From contig CANRHM010000001.1 of the NCBI GenBank assembly GCA_947630415.1, positions 1-44,414 of the forward strand: a DNA stretch of 44,414 nt, given 5' to 3'. The notes below the pieces were generated by a model, which was not told where the DNA came from, made no database searches, and was given only the letters and a program-made list of their open reading frames with translations. Numbering within the stretch: position 1 is the first letter of the stretch; the number at the start of each line of letters is the position of its first letter. Origin of the DNA: an uncultured Bacilli bacterium. Lineage in GTDB: Bacteria; Bacillota_I; Bacilli_A; RF39; UBA660. Shown piece by piece: positions 6,316-16,255 of the stretch. The position numbers and the translations under genes are program-made.

Positions 6316-7077
6316 TCACATCTTTTTCGTTAAGTCAAATAAACGATGGGTATTTGTTAAAGTTATTTTAGATACGTCTTCTAGTGTGATTTCTTTAATA
6401 TCGGCGATTCTTTGAGCAATAACAGGGATATTCCAAGGACCATTCTTTTTTCCTCGATAAGGTTCGGGAGCTAAATAAGGACTATCGGTCTCTAATAATA
6501 TTTTTTCAAGAGGAAGTTCTCTAACCATTTCATGAAGTTTACTATTTTTAAAAGTCACTACACCTCCGATTCCAAAATAAAAACCTAATTTTAAAAAGGC
6601 TTTAGCCATTTCTAAACTTTCATTAAAACAATGAAGAACACCTATGACTTTATATTCTTTAATAATATCGTAAGTATCTTGAATAGCATCCCTCGTATGA
6701 ATGACTACCGGAAGCTTGTATTTTTCAGCAAGTGCTAATTGTTTCTTAAATAAATCGATTTGTTTATCTCTATTTTCTTTTCCATAATGGTAATCAAGTC
6801 CTATTTCACCTACTCCAACACAAAGATGATTCTTTATCTGTTCTTCTAAAAACATTAAATCATCATCTGTTACAGAGTCTGCACAATCAGGGTGATACCC
6901 CAGTGTTAAATATACATCTTTTTCTGTAGAGGCTATCTTTAGAACTTCTTCGATTTCTTTTCTATTACAACCACTTACAATAAAAGGGGAAACTTGATTT
7001 TTTCTTGCTTCATTTAAAACTTCTTGATAATCCTCATAACTATCGCTTCCTAAATGAAAATGGGTATCAATAAACAT
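6316..7077 (-). CDS. tatD: TatD-family metal-dependent hydrolase
   Basis: MFIDTHFHL..., GEIGLDYHY, VVIHTRDA, LLETDSPYL motifs. Synteny after metG. Confidence 0.9.
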   Translation of the reverse strand: MFIDTHFHLGSDSYEDYQEVLNEARKNQVSPFIVSGCNRKEIEEVLKIASTEKDVYLTLGYHPDCADSVTDDDLMFLEEQIKNHLCVGVGEIGLDYHYGKENRDKQIDLFKKQLALAEKYKLPVVIHTRDAIQDTYDIIKEYKVIGVLHCFNESLEMAKAFLKLGFYFGIGGVVTFKNSKLHEMVRELPLEKILLETDSPYLAPEPYRGKKNGPWNIPVIAQRIADIKEITLEDVSKITLTNTHRLFDLTKKM

Positions 7078-7128
7078 ACAATTCCTTCTTTCAACAATAG
7101 TATACCATAGAAAAAGAATGACTAAAAA

Positions 7129-7299
7129 TCATTCTTTACTTAATACTACATAGTACGTAAAACCAAAAAATAGAATTACGCCAAAAGTGAAGTCTAACAT
7201 GCATCCATTAATAAAAGGAAGTACTTTAATTATAATGGAAATCAGCACACATCCTAATAAGGTGTTTCTAAGGCTTCGTTTCATGTGTAATAGTTTCAT
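7129..7299 (-). CDS. possible 56-aa small membrane protein (below the ORF-track cutoff)
   Basis: Hand translation gives MKLLHMKRSLRNTLLGCVLISIIIKVLPFINGCMLDFTFGVILFFGFTYYVVLSKE. Two hydrophobic segments, weak RBS AAAGGGAAC. It fills an otherwise empty 310-bp gap. Confidence 0.35.
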   Translation of the reverse strand: MKLLHMKRSLRNTLLGCVLISIIIKVLPFINGCMLDFTFGVILFFGFTYYVVLSKE

Positions 7300-7388
7300 C
7301 GTCTTGTTCCCTTTCTATTCTTTTTAAGCGACTACTTTCTCACTATAGCATAATAGAAAAAGGAAATAAAAGTTTTTTCTTCTTTATT

Positions 7389-8954
7389 TTAAGAGTTTAC
7401 ACTTGCTTTTGACAAGGAAGCATTAATCTCTTCCATTTTCTTATCTTTATCGATTCGCATGAAGATTGGTTTTGCTTCTTGTACTTCATAGGCATTATCT
7501 TCTTTATAAGTTAACGTATCGTCCGTAGTTCCTAATTGATTTAAGATTTCTTTGCTGGTATCTGGTAAGAAAGCTTCTAGTAAATTAGCACATACACGAA
7601 TAGATTCTAACAAATTGTATAATACAGTTGATAGACAATCTTTTTGACTTTCATCTTTAGCAAGTGCCCAAGGCGTGGTATCATCAATATATTTATTGCT
7701 GTTACGTAATTGGTTCATAATTTCTTCTAGTGCATTTCCTACTTCTAATTTATTCATTTTTTGATCGACTAAATTAGGAAGATTCTTAATATGATCAATA
7801 AAGTTGGCATCAAATTCAGTTTCTTGATTCGTACGACTTACCTTTCCATCAAAATATTTATGGGCCATCGAAATCGTTCTATTTACAAGGTTTCCTAAAA
7901 CATTAGCTAGATCACTATTGTAACGTTCAATGAGTAGATCATACGTAATGTTTCCATCGTTTGCAAAAGGCATCTCATGTAAAACATAATAACGAATAGC
8001 ATCAACGCCAAATAAATGAACCAAGTCATCGGCATACATAACATTACCTTTACTCTTACTCATTTTATCGTCTTGGAAAAGCATCCATGGATGACCAAAG
8101 ACTTGTTTTGGCAAAGGTTCTCCTAGAGCCATTAAAATAATAGGCCAATAAATAGTATGGAAACGAATAATATCTTTACCAATTAAGTGTAAGTCACAAG
8201 GCCACCACTTGTTGTACTCTGGACTACTTCCATCAACATCATAACCAATATTGGTAATATAGTTGGTTAGGGCATCAATCCAAACATAGACTACATGTTT
8301 TGGATCAAAATCCACGGGAATTCCCCAAGAGAAACTAGAACGTGAAACACATAAATCTTGAAGACCTGGTTTAATAAAGTTATTAATCATTTCATTTTTT
8401 CTAGATTCAGGTTGAATAAACTCTGGGTGCGATTCGATATAATCAATTAATTGGTCTTGGTATTTGGATAATTTAAAGAAATAAGCTTCTTCTTCGGCTT
8501 TATGAACTTCTCTTCCACAATCGGGACATTTTCCATCTACTAATTGACTTTCGGTAAAGAAAGATTCACAAGGGGTACAATATAGCCCTTTATAAGTTCC
8601 TTTATAGATATCTCCTTGTTCATAAAGTTTCTTAAAGATTTTTTGTACCTTTTTAACATGTTCAGGATCCGTTGTTCTTACAAAACGATCATAGCTCGTG
8701 TTCATAATATCCCAAATCGCTTTGATTTCACCTGCTACTTCATCGACATAAGCTTGAGGGGTAACACCTTTTTCTTTGGCTTTTAACTCAATTTTCTCAC
8801 CGTGTTCATCGGTTCCCGTTTGAAAATAAACTTCATATCCTTTTTTTCTTTTGTATCTTGCAATCGCATCTGCTAAAACAATCTCATAGGTATTTCCAAT
8901 ATGAGGTTTGGATGAAGTATATGCAATTGCCGTACTAATGTAAAATTTTTCCAT
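7389..8954 (-). CDS. metG: methionine--tRNA ligase (short form, no C-terminal tRNA-binding domain)
   Basis: HIGN (HIGH) motif, KMSKS motif, CxxC...CPDCG zinc knuckles. Preceded by a Met T-box. Confidence 0.95.
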   Translation of the reverse strand: MEKFYISTAIAYTSSKPHIGNTYEIVLADAIARYKRKKGYEVYFQTGTDEHGEKIELKAKEKGVTPQAYVDEVAGEIKAIWDIMNTSYDRFVRTTDPEHVKKVQKIFKKLYEQGDIYKGTYKGLYCTPCESFFTESQLVDGKCPDCGREVHKAEEEAYFFKLSKYQDQLIDYIESHPEFIQPESRKNEMINNFIKPGLQDLCVSRSSFSWGIPVDFDPKHVVYVWIDALTNYITNIGYDVDGSSPEYNKWWPCDLHLIGKDIIRFHTIYWPIILMALGEPLPKQVFGHPWMLFQDDKMSKSKGNVMYADDLVHLFGVDAIRYYVLHEMPFANDGNITYDLLIERYNSDLANVLGNLVNRTISMAHKYFDGKVSRTNQETEFDANFIDHIKNLPNLVDQKMNKLEVGNALEEIMNQLRNSNKYIDDTTPWALAKDESQKDCLSTVLYNLLESIRVCANLLEAFLPDTSKEILNQLGTTDDTLTYKEDNAYEVQEAKPIFMRIDKDKKMEEINASLSKASVNS

Positions 8955-8967
8955 TTCTTTTTCCTCC

Positions 8968-9210
8968 TAAAAAAAGATGACTTATTATGTTAAGGACGGA
9001 TCTTTTTCCGCGGTACCACCTTAATTTATAATAAATCATCTTATTATACACTTTCTAAAGTTAACGCCTATCTTACGTTTTCGCCTACCTATCGACGAAA
9101 AAGTTCCGAAGCCATATCCTACTTGAGTCATCTTTCCTTGCTTTCACCTAACCAAGGTCTCTTTCTTAAAGAATCAGTCACAGGACTCTTCATCAAAACT
9201 TTTGAATATG
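8968..9210 (-). promoter_or_regulatory. T-box leader riboswitch, methionine specifier (AUG)
   Basis: Minus strand carries TTGATGAAGAG (GA/K-turn region), GGTGAAAGC and the specifier loop GGAAAGATGAC (ATG at 9131-9129). It also has the T-box sequence AAGGTGGTACCGCG (9020-9009) and a terminator helix AAGATGATTTATTAT.../...ATAATAAGTCATCTT followed by T7. Confidence 0.85.
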
Positions 9211-9215
9211 GCTAG

Positions 9216-9244
9216 ATTATAACATAATTCAAATTATTGTTCAA
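9216..9244 (-). promoter_or_regulatory. sigma-A promoter of the T-box/metG transcript
   Basis: TTGAAC(9244-9239)-17 nt-TATAAT(9221-9216) with an upstream TG (extended -10). The -35 lies in the 3' end of spoVT. Confidence 0.55.
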
Positions 9245-9764
9245 GATGTTTCGATAAAAATTGCGTGATAATCGTAACCATGTGTTTTTCAGTATCGGTA
9301 ATATTTTTCTCTGGTTCATAAAGAATAACTTTTCCTACTGCATCTCCGTTTACTAGAATAGTTGATCCATAGAAGTATCCCTCTTCAAATAGTCCATCCG
9401 ATATTTCAAACTTTGTCTTAAGATGGGAATTTAATTCTTTCTTATCGACAATGTTCTCTTCTAAGGTTCTAGATAGACTTCTTCCTAAATATTTTTTCTT
9501 TAATGGAAGAGAGCAACCTAACACTTCATCTCGATCCGTAATAATAACGGAAGCATTTAATGATTGATATACAGCATCGGCCAAAGCTTGTGAAATGTCA
9601 TCCATATCGTTCATTGGTGAATACTTCTTTAAGGCAATCATATCCTTATCTACAAAAATTTCCAATGATTCCCCATCTCTGATTCGTAAACTTCTGCGTA
9701 TTTCTTTAGGAACGACGATTCTACCTAAATCGTCTATTCTTCTAACAACTCCGGTTGTTTTCAT
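9234..9764 (-). CDS. spoVT: AbrB/SpoVT-family transcriptional regulator (SpoVT-like, 176 aa)
   Basis: Start moved to MKTTGVVRRIDDLGRIVVPKEIRRSLRIRDGESLEIF (SpoVT/AbrB swapped-hairpin motif) with RBS GGAAAGTGGGGA. C-terminal ~120-aa GAF-like part. Lies next to mfd as in B. subtilis. Confidence 0.8.
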   Translation of the reverse strand: MKTTGVVRRIDDLGRIVVPKEIRRSLRIRDGESLEIFVDKDMIALKKYSPMNDMDDISQALADAVYQSLNASVIITDRDEVLGCSLPLKKKYLGRSLSRTLEENIVDKKELNSHLKTKFEISDGLFEEGYFYGSTILVNGDAVGKVILYEPEKNITDTEKHMVTIITQFLSKHLEQ

Positions 9765-9917
9765 AAAATCCCCACTTTCCTTACAATATCTAGTTTTCCA
9801 ACAAAAAGAATGTTTATACCTAGAATATATTTTTTTACTTTTTACTGCTTCATAAATATTATAAGCATTTTTTAGACGATTTTCTTTGGAAATATTTACC
9901 AATAGTTTACAAACGTT

Positions 9918-9946
9918 TAAAAATAAGGCTTTTGAGGCCTTATTTT
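9918..9946 (-). terminator. intrinsic terminator after the 204-aa hypothetical gene
   Basis: AATAAGGC-CTCAAAA-GCCTTATT hairpin flanked by A/T runs. Confidence 0.55.
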
Positions 9947-10561
9947 TTAATTGTTGTTTGGTAGATTGTGGAAATGTTTGTAGTTATCGAGAGCATTATT
10001 AATGAGTGTTTGATTTCGAATATGCATTTGTTCTGTCGTACGATTCACTAATCTTCTTACTAAATTATCTTTTAAATAGTTCATGGTACGTTCTAAAACA
10101 AAAGAATTTTTTTCTATAGGCATCTCTTTTTGACAAAGGATTTCCAGTAAAGGGAAAACATCATTATCAATGTAAGTAATCAAAACGTTCTTTAAAAAAG
10201 TCTCAAAATCACTTTTGGTAGAAACAATATACGAACAGTAGTCATCAAAAGTAGCAATGGTAAGGGAATTAGCCATGGCAAGAAGTTCTTTTTGTTTGTC
10301 TTTAATGTATTTTTTCGTCTCTTTAATATAAATTTTACCTAAAGAAATCAAAATTTCATTTTGTTCATTACTTTTAAAATCAGGATTAGCATCACAAAAA
10401 ATAGAAAGCATTTTTGATTTTGCTCCAACCATTTCAAAATCTAAAATATTTTGCAAACTTAACGTAAGACTATCTAAATTGTTACTGATATCTAATTGTA
10501 ATTTACGTTTTAATATTTCTAAATTCTTTTCTTGAAATTTTTGTTTTAACTCTTCGTCCAT
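9947..10561 (-). CDS. hypothetical cytoplasmic protein (204 aa), predicted helical
   Basis: Clean ORF with no TM and no recognisable motifs. Confidence 0.55.
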   Translation of the reverse strand: MDEELKQKFQEKNLEILKRKLQLDISNNLDSLTLSLQNILDFEMVGAKSKMLSIFCDANPDFKSNEQNEILISLGKIYIKETKKYIKDKQKELLAMANSLTIATFDDYCSYIVSTKSDFETFLKNVLITYIDNDVFPLLEILCQKEMPIEKNSFVLERTMNYLKDNLVRRLVNRTTEQMHIRNQTLINNALDNYKHFHNLPNNN

Positions 10562-10631
10562 TGTTTCCCTCTATTCTTTTTGACTAGGATAATCATATCA
10601 ATTTATGCGTCCATCGTCAATCATAGAAAAG

Positions 10632-11498
10632 TTAAAGTGGATTGACATGGACAATCGCTTTTTGAACACATTCCATTTCTGTTTGAATCTTTTTTTCAAG
10701 TTCATCCGCAATATCATGACTCTTTTTAGTGGAAAGTCTTCCACTTACAAAAATAGTAAGTACCACAATGTAATCGTAACCTACAGGAACGGAATAGATT
10801 TCATCTACTTTTTTGACTTCTTTCATGGATAGCACAATCTCTTTTAATTTTTCTTTATCCTCTTCTTTTAAAGAGGCATCCATTAATACACGATAACTTT
10901 GAATAAAAATTTGCGTTCCTGTATAAAAAATCCAAATAGAAATACCAATTCCAACTACACCATCGACAAAGTGTATATGAAAATAACTAAAGATAATCGA
11001 CATCATCGTAAATAGAGCAATAATGAAATCGTTTCGATGATCATACATCGTAGAAGAAATTAAAACATTGGGATATTTTTTATAAAGTTTACGGGTATAA
11101 AGAAATAAAGAGATTTTAACGATTATCGTAATAAACGAAGCAAGAAGCAAAGGAATAGAAAAAATAACCCCTTGTTGTCCTAAAATAGAAGAAATAGAAT
11201 CCAACAATATTTTAAGCGATAATCCCATCATGGATAGACTAATAAACATCGAGAAAATATATTCGGCCTTGCCATGACCAAAATTATGATCTTCATCCGA
11301 TGGAACTCTAGCAATTTTATTACCAATAGTCGTCATAACAGAAGCAAAGATATCACTAGCACTATTGAGGGCATCGGCAATCATGGCTTGACTATGACTA
11401 AAATAACCGACAACAGCTTTAATGATTAAAAGAAAAGCATTTCCAATAATACCGGTAATCCCTACTTTTTTCGTAGCTTCATAACGCATTTTGTTCAC
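10632..11498 (-). CDS. cation diffusion facilitator (CDF) family transporter
   Basis: HSQAMIADALNSASD and DHNFGHGKAEY motifs, about 6 TM, and a C-terminal cytoplasmic domain. Confidence 0.85.
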   Translation of the reverse strand: MNKMRYEATKKVGITGIIGNAFLLIIKAVVGYFSHSQAMIADALNSASDIFASVMTTIGNKIARVPSDEDHNFGHGKAEYIFSMFISLSMMGLSLKILLDSISSILGQQGVIFSIPLLLASFITIIVKISLFLYTRKLYKKYPNVLISSTMYDHRNDFIIALFTMMSIIFSYFHIHFVDGVVGIGISIWIFYTGTQIFIQSYRVLMDASLKEEDKEKLKEIVLSMKEVKKVDEIYSVPVGYDYIVVLTIFVSGRLSTKKSHDIADELEKKIQTEMECVQKAIVHVNPL

Positions 11499-11543
11499 CT
11501 TCGTTTTTCATATTTATAGTATATAAATTTTTTAAAAGAAAAG

Positions 11544-14500
11544 TTACTCTTCATCGATGACTTTCAAAATATCGATAAGGTAATAGATATAATGCTTTTC
11601 TAAGTGAATGGTATCTAAAATGATAGCAAAACAAGGGCCTCTTACCCCAAAGCGGAACATATTGCTTATTTTCATGGCTTCCATAAAGACTTTTTCACCA
11701 TCAATTTTCTTGGTCTGTTCTTCACTAAAAATCATTTCAATCGAATTACGATTCTGTTTTACTTCGATAATATCGAGTTTTTTAGCCAGTTTCTCAAACC
11801 ATTCTTCATACATGTAAATGAGCATGGATTCGTCAATTTTACCAAAGCGGTCTTCTAGTTCTTCTTTGATGGCTAATAGTTTTGGATAAGAATCAATTTC
11901 ATTAATCTTTTTATGAATTTCAATTTTTAAATTCGTATCTTCAACGTACTCATCCGCAATATGAGTTTCAATATCCAAATAAGGTTTGGTATCTTGAACT
12001 TCATCGGTAACCGTTTTTTCGCCTTTTAAGTGGGCTATTTCTTCATCAAGCATTTTTAAATAAAGATCAATTCCTACCGTATCAATGAAGCCTGCCTGCT
12101 CAACACCTAGAATATCGCCTGCTCCACGGATAGATAAATCCCTAGTAGCAATAGAAAATCCACTTCCAAGTTCGGTAAATTCTTTAATGGCATTGAGTCG
12201 TTTAATAGCACTTTCGGTTAACATCCGATTTCCTTGATACATGAGATAAGCATAGGCAATCTTGTTACTTCTTCCAACACGTCCTCTAATTTGATAAAGT
12301 TGAGCTAGACCAAAACGATCGGCATCAATAATAATTAATGTGTTTACATTTGGCATATCAATGCCTGTTTCAATGATGGTCGTACAAATCAAAACATCAA
12401 AGTCATGATTTTGAAAAGCCATCATTTGATTTTCTAGTTCATTCTTGCTCATTTGCCCATGTGCATAATTAATTCTAGCTTCTGGAACTAAAGCTTGAAT
12501 CTCACTCACTTTTTGTTCAATGTTCATAACTCTATTATAGAGTAAGAAGACTTGTCCATTACGCGCTAACTCTTTGTAGATAGCGTCTTTGATAATTTGA
12601 TTGTTCTCTTCTACCACATATGTTTGCACAGGATATCGATCCATTGGAGGTGTCGTAATAAGTGAAAGACTTCGAATTCCTACCATCGACATCTGTAACG
12701 TTCTAGGAATAGGTGTGGCTGTAAGCGTTAAAACATCTACATTGGATTTGTATTTTTTTATTTTCTCTTTATGAGCAACACCAAAACGTTGCTCTTCATC
12801 AATGACTAAGAGCCCTAAATCTTTAGGTCTAATATCATCACTTAATAAGCGATGCGTTCCAAAAACCAAATCGATGGAACCATCTTTTAATCCTTCAATA
12901 ATTCTTTTCACTTCTTTTGGAGTCGTAAAGCGGTTTAATAACGCCATATTAACTGGAAAATGTTGAAATCTCACTTTAGCATTTTCATATTGTTGATTGG
13001 AAAGAATCGTTGTAGGACAAAGATAAAGTACTTGCTTTGAATCTAAGATAGCCTTAAAAATCGCACGAAAGGCAACTTCCGTTTTACCATAGCCAACATC
13101 CCCACAAAGCAAACGATCCATGGGATGGATGGATTCCATGTCTTCTTTGATTTGACTGGTAGATAATAATTGATCTTTGGTTTCTTCGTATGGAAACTCA
13201 TTTTCAAAATCGATTTGTAACTTGTTATCAGGACTAAAAGCAAATCCTTTTTTAAGTTCACGTTCAGCATAAAGACGTAACAATTGATCTGCAATATCTT
13301 TAATTCTTCCACGGACACGACTCTTAACTTTTTTCCACTCAGTTCCGCCTAACTTATTAATTTTAGGAACTCTTCCTTCGTTACCTGAGTATTTACTAAT
13401 TAAATCAATTTTTTCTACCGGAATATACAATTTATCGTTACCTTGGTATAAAAGTTCCAAGTAATCTTTCTTTAAATCTCCTTTAGATAACGTTTTAATT
13501 CCATTATAGATACCAATTCCATGCACGTAGTGAACAATGTAATCACCAATTTCCAACTTGTTGATGTCTTTGATTTTAGAAGCATATTTAAAATTGGTTT
13601 TATAATTCTTTTTAGAAACCACATTTTTAAAAAGTTCTTTAGCCGTTAAGAAAATATAATTTTTGTAGGTAAATCCTTGATTCATATCAAAAGAGGTAAT
13701 GTTGATAGCTCCTTCGATAATATGATCCATATTCGATTCTACATAAGGAACCGTTAAATATTTAACAAAATTAGAAATCATGTAGCCTTTAAGACAAATA
13801 ACAATGGTCTTTTGTAAATCGTGTTGTTCTTTTAAATAACGATTAATCGCTTCGACATTTTCGTTAAAAGGTAAAATTCCTTTGGCATCGAAATTTAGTA
13901 GTTTAATATCCTTATCATGTCCTATATTATCAATAGAATAATAGTAACTTACTTCTTTAGGATTAAGTTTTAGAAAATCAAAAAAGTAAGCATCTTTAAA
14001 ATCCATATCTTTATCAATTTGGTATTCCATGACTTCTTGTAAAGTAGAAGTATAACTTACTTTCATTTGATTGTAATCTTTATAGATAACATGCGGTTCA
14101 TCTAAATAATCCATAAGAGATGCAACGTTTTTAGAATACATTGGTAAGTATTTTTGTTTCGTTTCATCGATGGTATAGTCATCTACTAAGAATTCGGAGT
14201 AAGGATAAATGGAAATAGAATCGATTTTTTCAATCGACTTTTGCGTATCTTCATCAAATAAACGAATCGACTCAATAGTATCTCCAAAGAATTCAAAACG
14301 AACAGGATGACTATGATCAATCGGAAAAACATCGATAACAAAACCACGAATACCCATCTCTCCTGTTTTGGTAACCAACGTTTGAGGAACATAACCGATA
14401 TGATAAAGTTTTTCTTCTAAGGTTTTAGGATCAATCTCATCATTCACATGTAACTCAATAATACTTTCTTGATATTTTGCTGGCGTAGGTAAAAATCTTA

Positions 14501-14834
14501 AATAACCCATTAAATGTGTTACTACGATTTTAGGCTTTTTTGATATAAGAGCATTGAGAGTTTCTAATCTTGTTACCATCAAATCAGGACTAATAGCAAT
14601 CGCTTCACTAGTTAAAAAGTCATCCATTGGAAAAAGAAGTACATCTGAGGTATAGTTAGACAAACTTTCATAGAGTTTATTTGCTTCAAACAAAGTGGAA
14701 GTAACAATTAAAAAAGATTTCTTTTTCTTACAAAAATCACTATAGACACCCACGCAAAAAAGTTCATCGGTTAATCCCGTGAACCCTGTCTTATTCTCAA
14801 ATAAATCTGGTAATAAGTTTTGCAGTAAATTCAT
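11544..14834 (-). CDS. mfd: transcription-repair coupling factor
   Basis: 1096 aa. UvrB-homology N-terminus, CarD/RID region (IGDYIVHYVHGIG), and superfamily-2 helicase motifs (GDVGYGKTEVA, DEEQRFG, TATPIPRT). Confidence 0.95.
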   Translation of the reverse strand: MNLLQNLLPDLFENKTGFTGLTDELFCVGVYSDFCKKKKSFLIVTSTLFEANKLYESLSNYTSDVLLFPMDDFLTSEAIAISPDLMVTRLETLNALISKKPKIVVTHLMGYLRFLPTPAKYQESIIELHVNDEIDPKTLEEKLYHIGYVPQTLVTKTGEMGIRGFVIDVFPIDHSHPVRFEFFGDTIESIRLFDEDTQKSIEKIDSISIYPYSEFLVDDYTIDETKQKYLPMYSKNVASLMDYLDEPHVIYKDYNQMKVSYTSTLQEVMEYQIDKDMDFKDAYFFDFLKLNPKEVSYYYSIDNIGHDKDIKLLNFDAKGILPFNENVEAINRYLKEQHDLQKTIVICLKGYMISNFVKYLTVPYVESNMDHIIEGAINITSFDMNQGFTYKNYIFLTAKELFKNVVSKKNYKTNFKYASKIKDINKLEIGDYIVHYVHGIGIYNGIKTLSKGDLKKDYLELLYQGNDKLYIPVEKIDLISKYSGNEGRVPKINKLGGTEWKKVKSRVRGRIKDIADQLLRLYAERELKKGFAFSPDNKLQIDFENEFPYEETKDQLLSTSQIKEDMESIHPMDRLLCGDVGYGKTEVAFRAIFKAILDSKQVLYLCPTTILSNQQYENAKVRFQHFPVNMALLNRFTTPKEVKRIIEGLKDGSIDLVFGTHRLLSDDIRPKDLGLLVIDEEQRFGVAHKEKIKKYKSNVDVLTLTATPIPRTLQMSMVGIRSLSLITTPPMDRYPVQTYVVEENNQIIKDAIYKELARNGQVFLLYNRVMNIEQKVSEIQALVPEARINYAHGQMSKNELENQMMAFQNHDFDVLICTTIIETGIDMPNVNTLIIIDADRFGLAQLYQIRGRVGRSNKIAYAYLMYQGNRMLTESAIKRLNAIKEFTELGSGFSIATRDLSIRGAGDILGVEQAGFIDTVGIDLYLKMLDEEIAHLKGEKTVTDEVQDTKPYLDIETHIADEYVEDTNLKIEIHKKINEIDSYPKLLAIKEELEDRFGKIDESMLIYMYEEWFEKLAKKLDIIEVKQNRNSIEMIFSEEQTKKIDGEKVFMEAMKISNMFRFGVRGPCFAIILDTIHLEKHYIYYLIDILKVIDEE

Positions 14835-14843
14835 GACTATCTC

Positions 14844-15404
14844 CTATTTGTGATTGTATTTACTCATTAATATTTCAAAATCATCTTTTAGAAAATCAGT
14901 AAGAACTTGTATTATGGTCTTCTCTAATCCTACAATTTCTTGTTGTTCTTCTTTCGAAAAAGTAGAAAGCACATAGTCTTTCGTATCGATAGCCTTATTA
15001 TTGGAAATACCTAGTTTTAATCTTTTATAAGCTTCTGTATTTAAGAGTCTTGCAATATCTTTTAATCCATTATGTCCTCCAGAAGAACCTTGTTTTCGCA
15101 ATCTAAAAGTACCTAATGGTAAATCTAAATCATCATGGATAATTAAAAGATGATCTAAATCGATTTCAAAATAATCTACAAATTTCTTAACCGCTTCTCC
15201 GGACAAATTCATATATTGTTGAGGTTTTAAAAGAATGACTTTTTCATTTTCAATTCTTCCTTCACCGTAGAGACCATGAAATTTTTCTTTATTGATTTCA
15301 ATATTTTTTTCTTTAGCAAAACAATCTAAAAAATGAAATCCCATATTGTGTCGTGTATTTTCATATTCCTTACCAGGATTTCCTAAACCTACGATTAAAT
15401 ACAT
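14844..15404 (-). CDS. pth: peptidyl-tRNA hydrolase
   Basis: MYLIVGLGNPG...YENTRHNMGF, GSSGGHNGLKD motifs. Confidence 0.95.
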   Translation of the reverse strand: MYLIVGLGNPGKEYENTRHNMGFHFLDCFAKEKNIEINKEKFHGLYGEGRIENEKVILLKPQQYMNLSGEAVKKFVDYFEIDLDHLLIIHDDLDLPLGTFRLRKQGSSGGHNGLKDIARLLNTEAYKRLKLGISNNKAIDTKDYVLSTFSKEEQQEIVGLEKTIIQVLTDFLKDDFEILMSKYNHK

Positions 15405-15408
15405 ATGA

Positions 15409-16251
15409 TCACTTCCCTAAATGGTATTCTTTATAAATGATACTTTTTGGAACTTGTCTTTGTTTTGCTACTTCTTTAATGGCATCTTTCTCACTCATGC
15501 CATCTTCGGTATAGAGTTTAACATGTTCAACAATGGATAAATCACTATAATCTTCTTCCTGTGTATTTCCAGCAACGACAAGGACATATTCTCCTTTTAA
15601 GGTTTCTTCTACGTCTTTTTTTATAGATGAAACAGTTCCACGATAAATTTCTTCATGAATTTTCGATATCTCACGGCAGATAGCAATTTCTCTATCCCCT
15701 AATATTTCTTGAATACTTTCTAAAGTTTCCATCAACCGATGAGGTGCTTCATAAAAAAGCATGGTGTACGGAAACGAACTTAATTTTTTTAACTCTTTTT
15801 CACGTTTCGTTTTCTTGGCGTTTAAAAAACCATAGAAAAGAAAGGGCGATGGAGCAAGACCAGACATGGTTAAAGCAGGTACAAAAGCAGTAGGTCCTGG
15901 AAGCGAAATAACGGGATATCCATGATCTAAAATGAAAGATACAACCTTGTATCCAGGATCACTTATAATAGGTGTTCCCCTATCCGTGACAAGACCTATC
16001 GTTTTTCCTTCTTGTAAATAGGACAAGGCTAACTCTTTCATCTTATCTTCATTGTGATCATCGGAATGAATGAGTTTTTTTGTAATATCTAAATATTTTA
16101 AAAGTTGAGCGGTTACACGTGTATCTTCACAAAACAAAACATCGACTTCTTTTAAAACATTTATAGCACGAATCGTCATATCTTCTCTATTTCCAATAGG
16201 TGTAGGAATTAAATAGAGTTTTGCTCCTGCTTGATAACTTTTTTGATTCAT
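15409..16251 (-). CDS. rsmI: 16S rRNA (cytidine1402-2'-O)-methyltransferase
   Basis: Start moved to MNQKSYQAGAKLYLIPTPIGN (ATG 16251), 4 nt after the upstream stop. Tetrapyrrole-methylase-fold motifs (EDTR, FYEAPHR). Confidence 0.9.
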   Translation of the reverse strand: MNQKSYQAGAKLYLIPTPIGNREDMTIRAINVLKEVDVLFCEDTRVTAQLLKYLDITKKLIHSDDHNEDKMKELALSYLQEGKTIGLVTDRGTPIISDPGYKVVSFILDHGYPVISLPGPTAFVPALTMSGLAPSPFLFYGFLNAKKTKREKELKKLSSFPYTMLFYEAPHRLMETLESIQEILGDREIAICREISKIHEEIYRGTVSSIKKDVEETLKGEYVLVVAGNTQEEDYSDLSIVEHVKLYTEDGMSEKDAIKEVAKQRQVPKSIIYKEYHLGK

Positions 16252-16255
16252 AAAA

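Noticed and set aside
8334-8349. parS-like half-site ACTAGAACGTGAAACA inside metG
   Set aside because: Only the right half (CGTGAAACA) matches and the left half is 3/8, so it is probably chance.
9765-9830. Possible forespore (sigma-G/F type) promoter upstream of spoVT (GTATA ... AAAACTA)
   Set aside because: The match to the GHATR-N17/18-CATnnTA consensus is poor in the -10 region, so it cannot be supported from sequence alone.
9765-9902. 46-codon N-terminal extension of the spoVT-like ORF
   Set aside because: AbrB/SpoVT proteins start right at the MK..VRRIDDLGRIV motif. The ATG at 9764 has a good RBS and the extension has none.
16111-16126. CACGTG-centred sequence GGTTACACGTGTATCT inside rsmI, considered as a possible parS
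   Set aside because: It has several mismatches in the specificity-determining flanks (about 11 of 15 informative positions) and is not palindromic beyond ACACGTGT.
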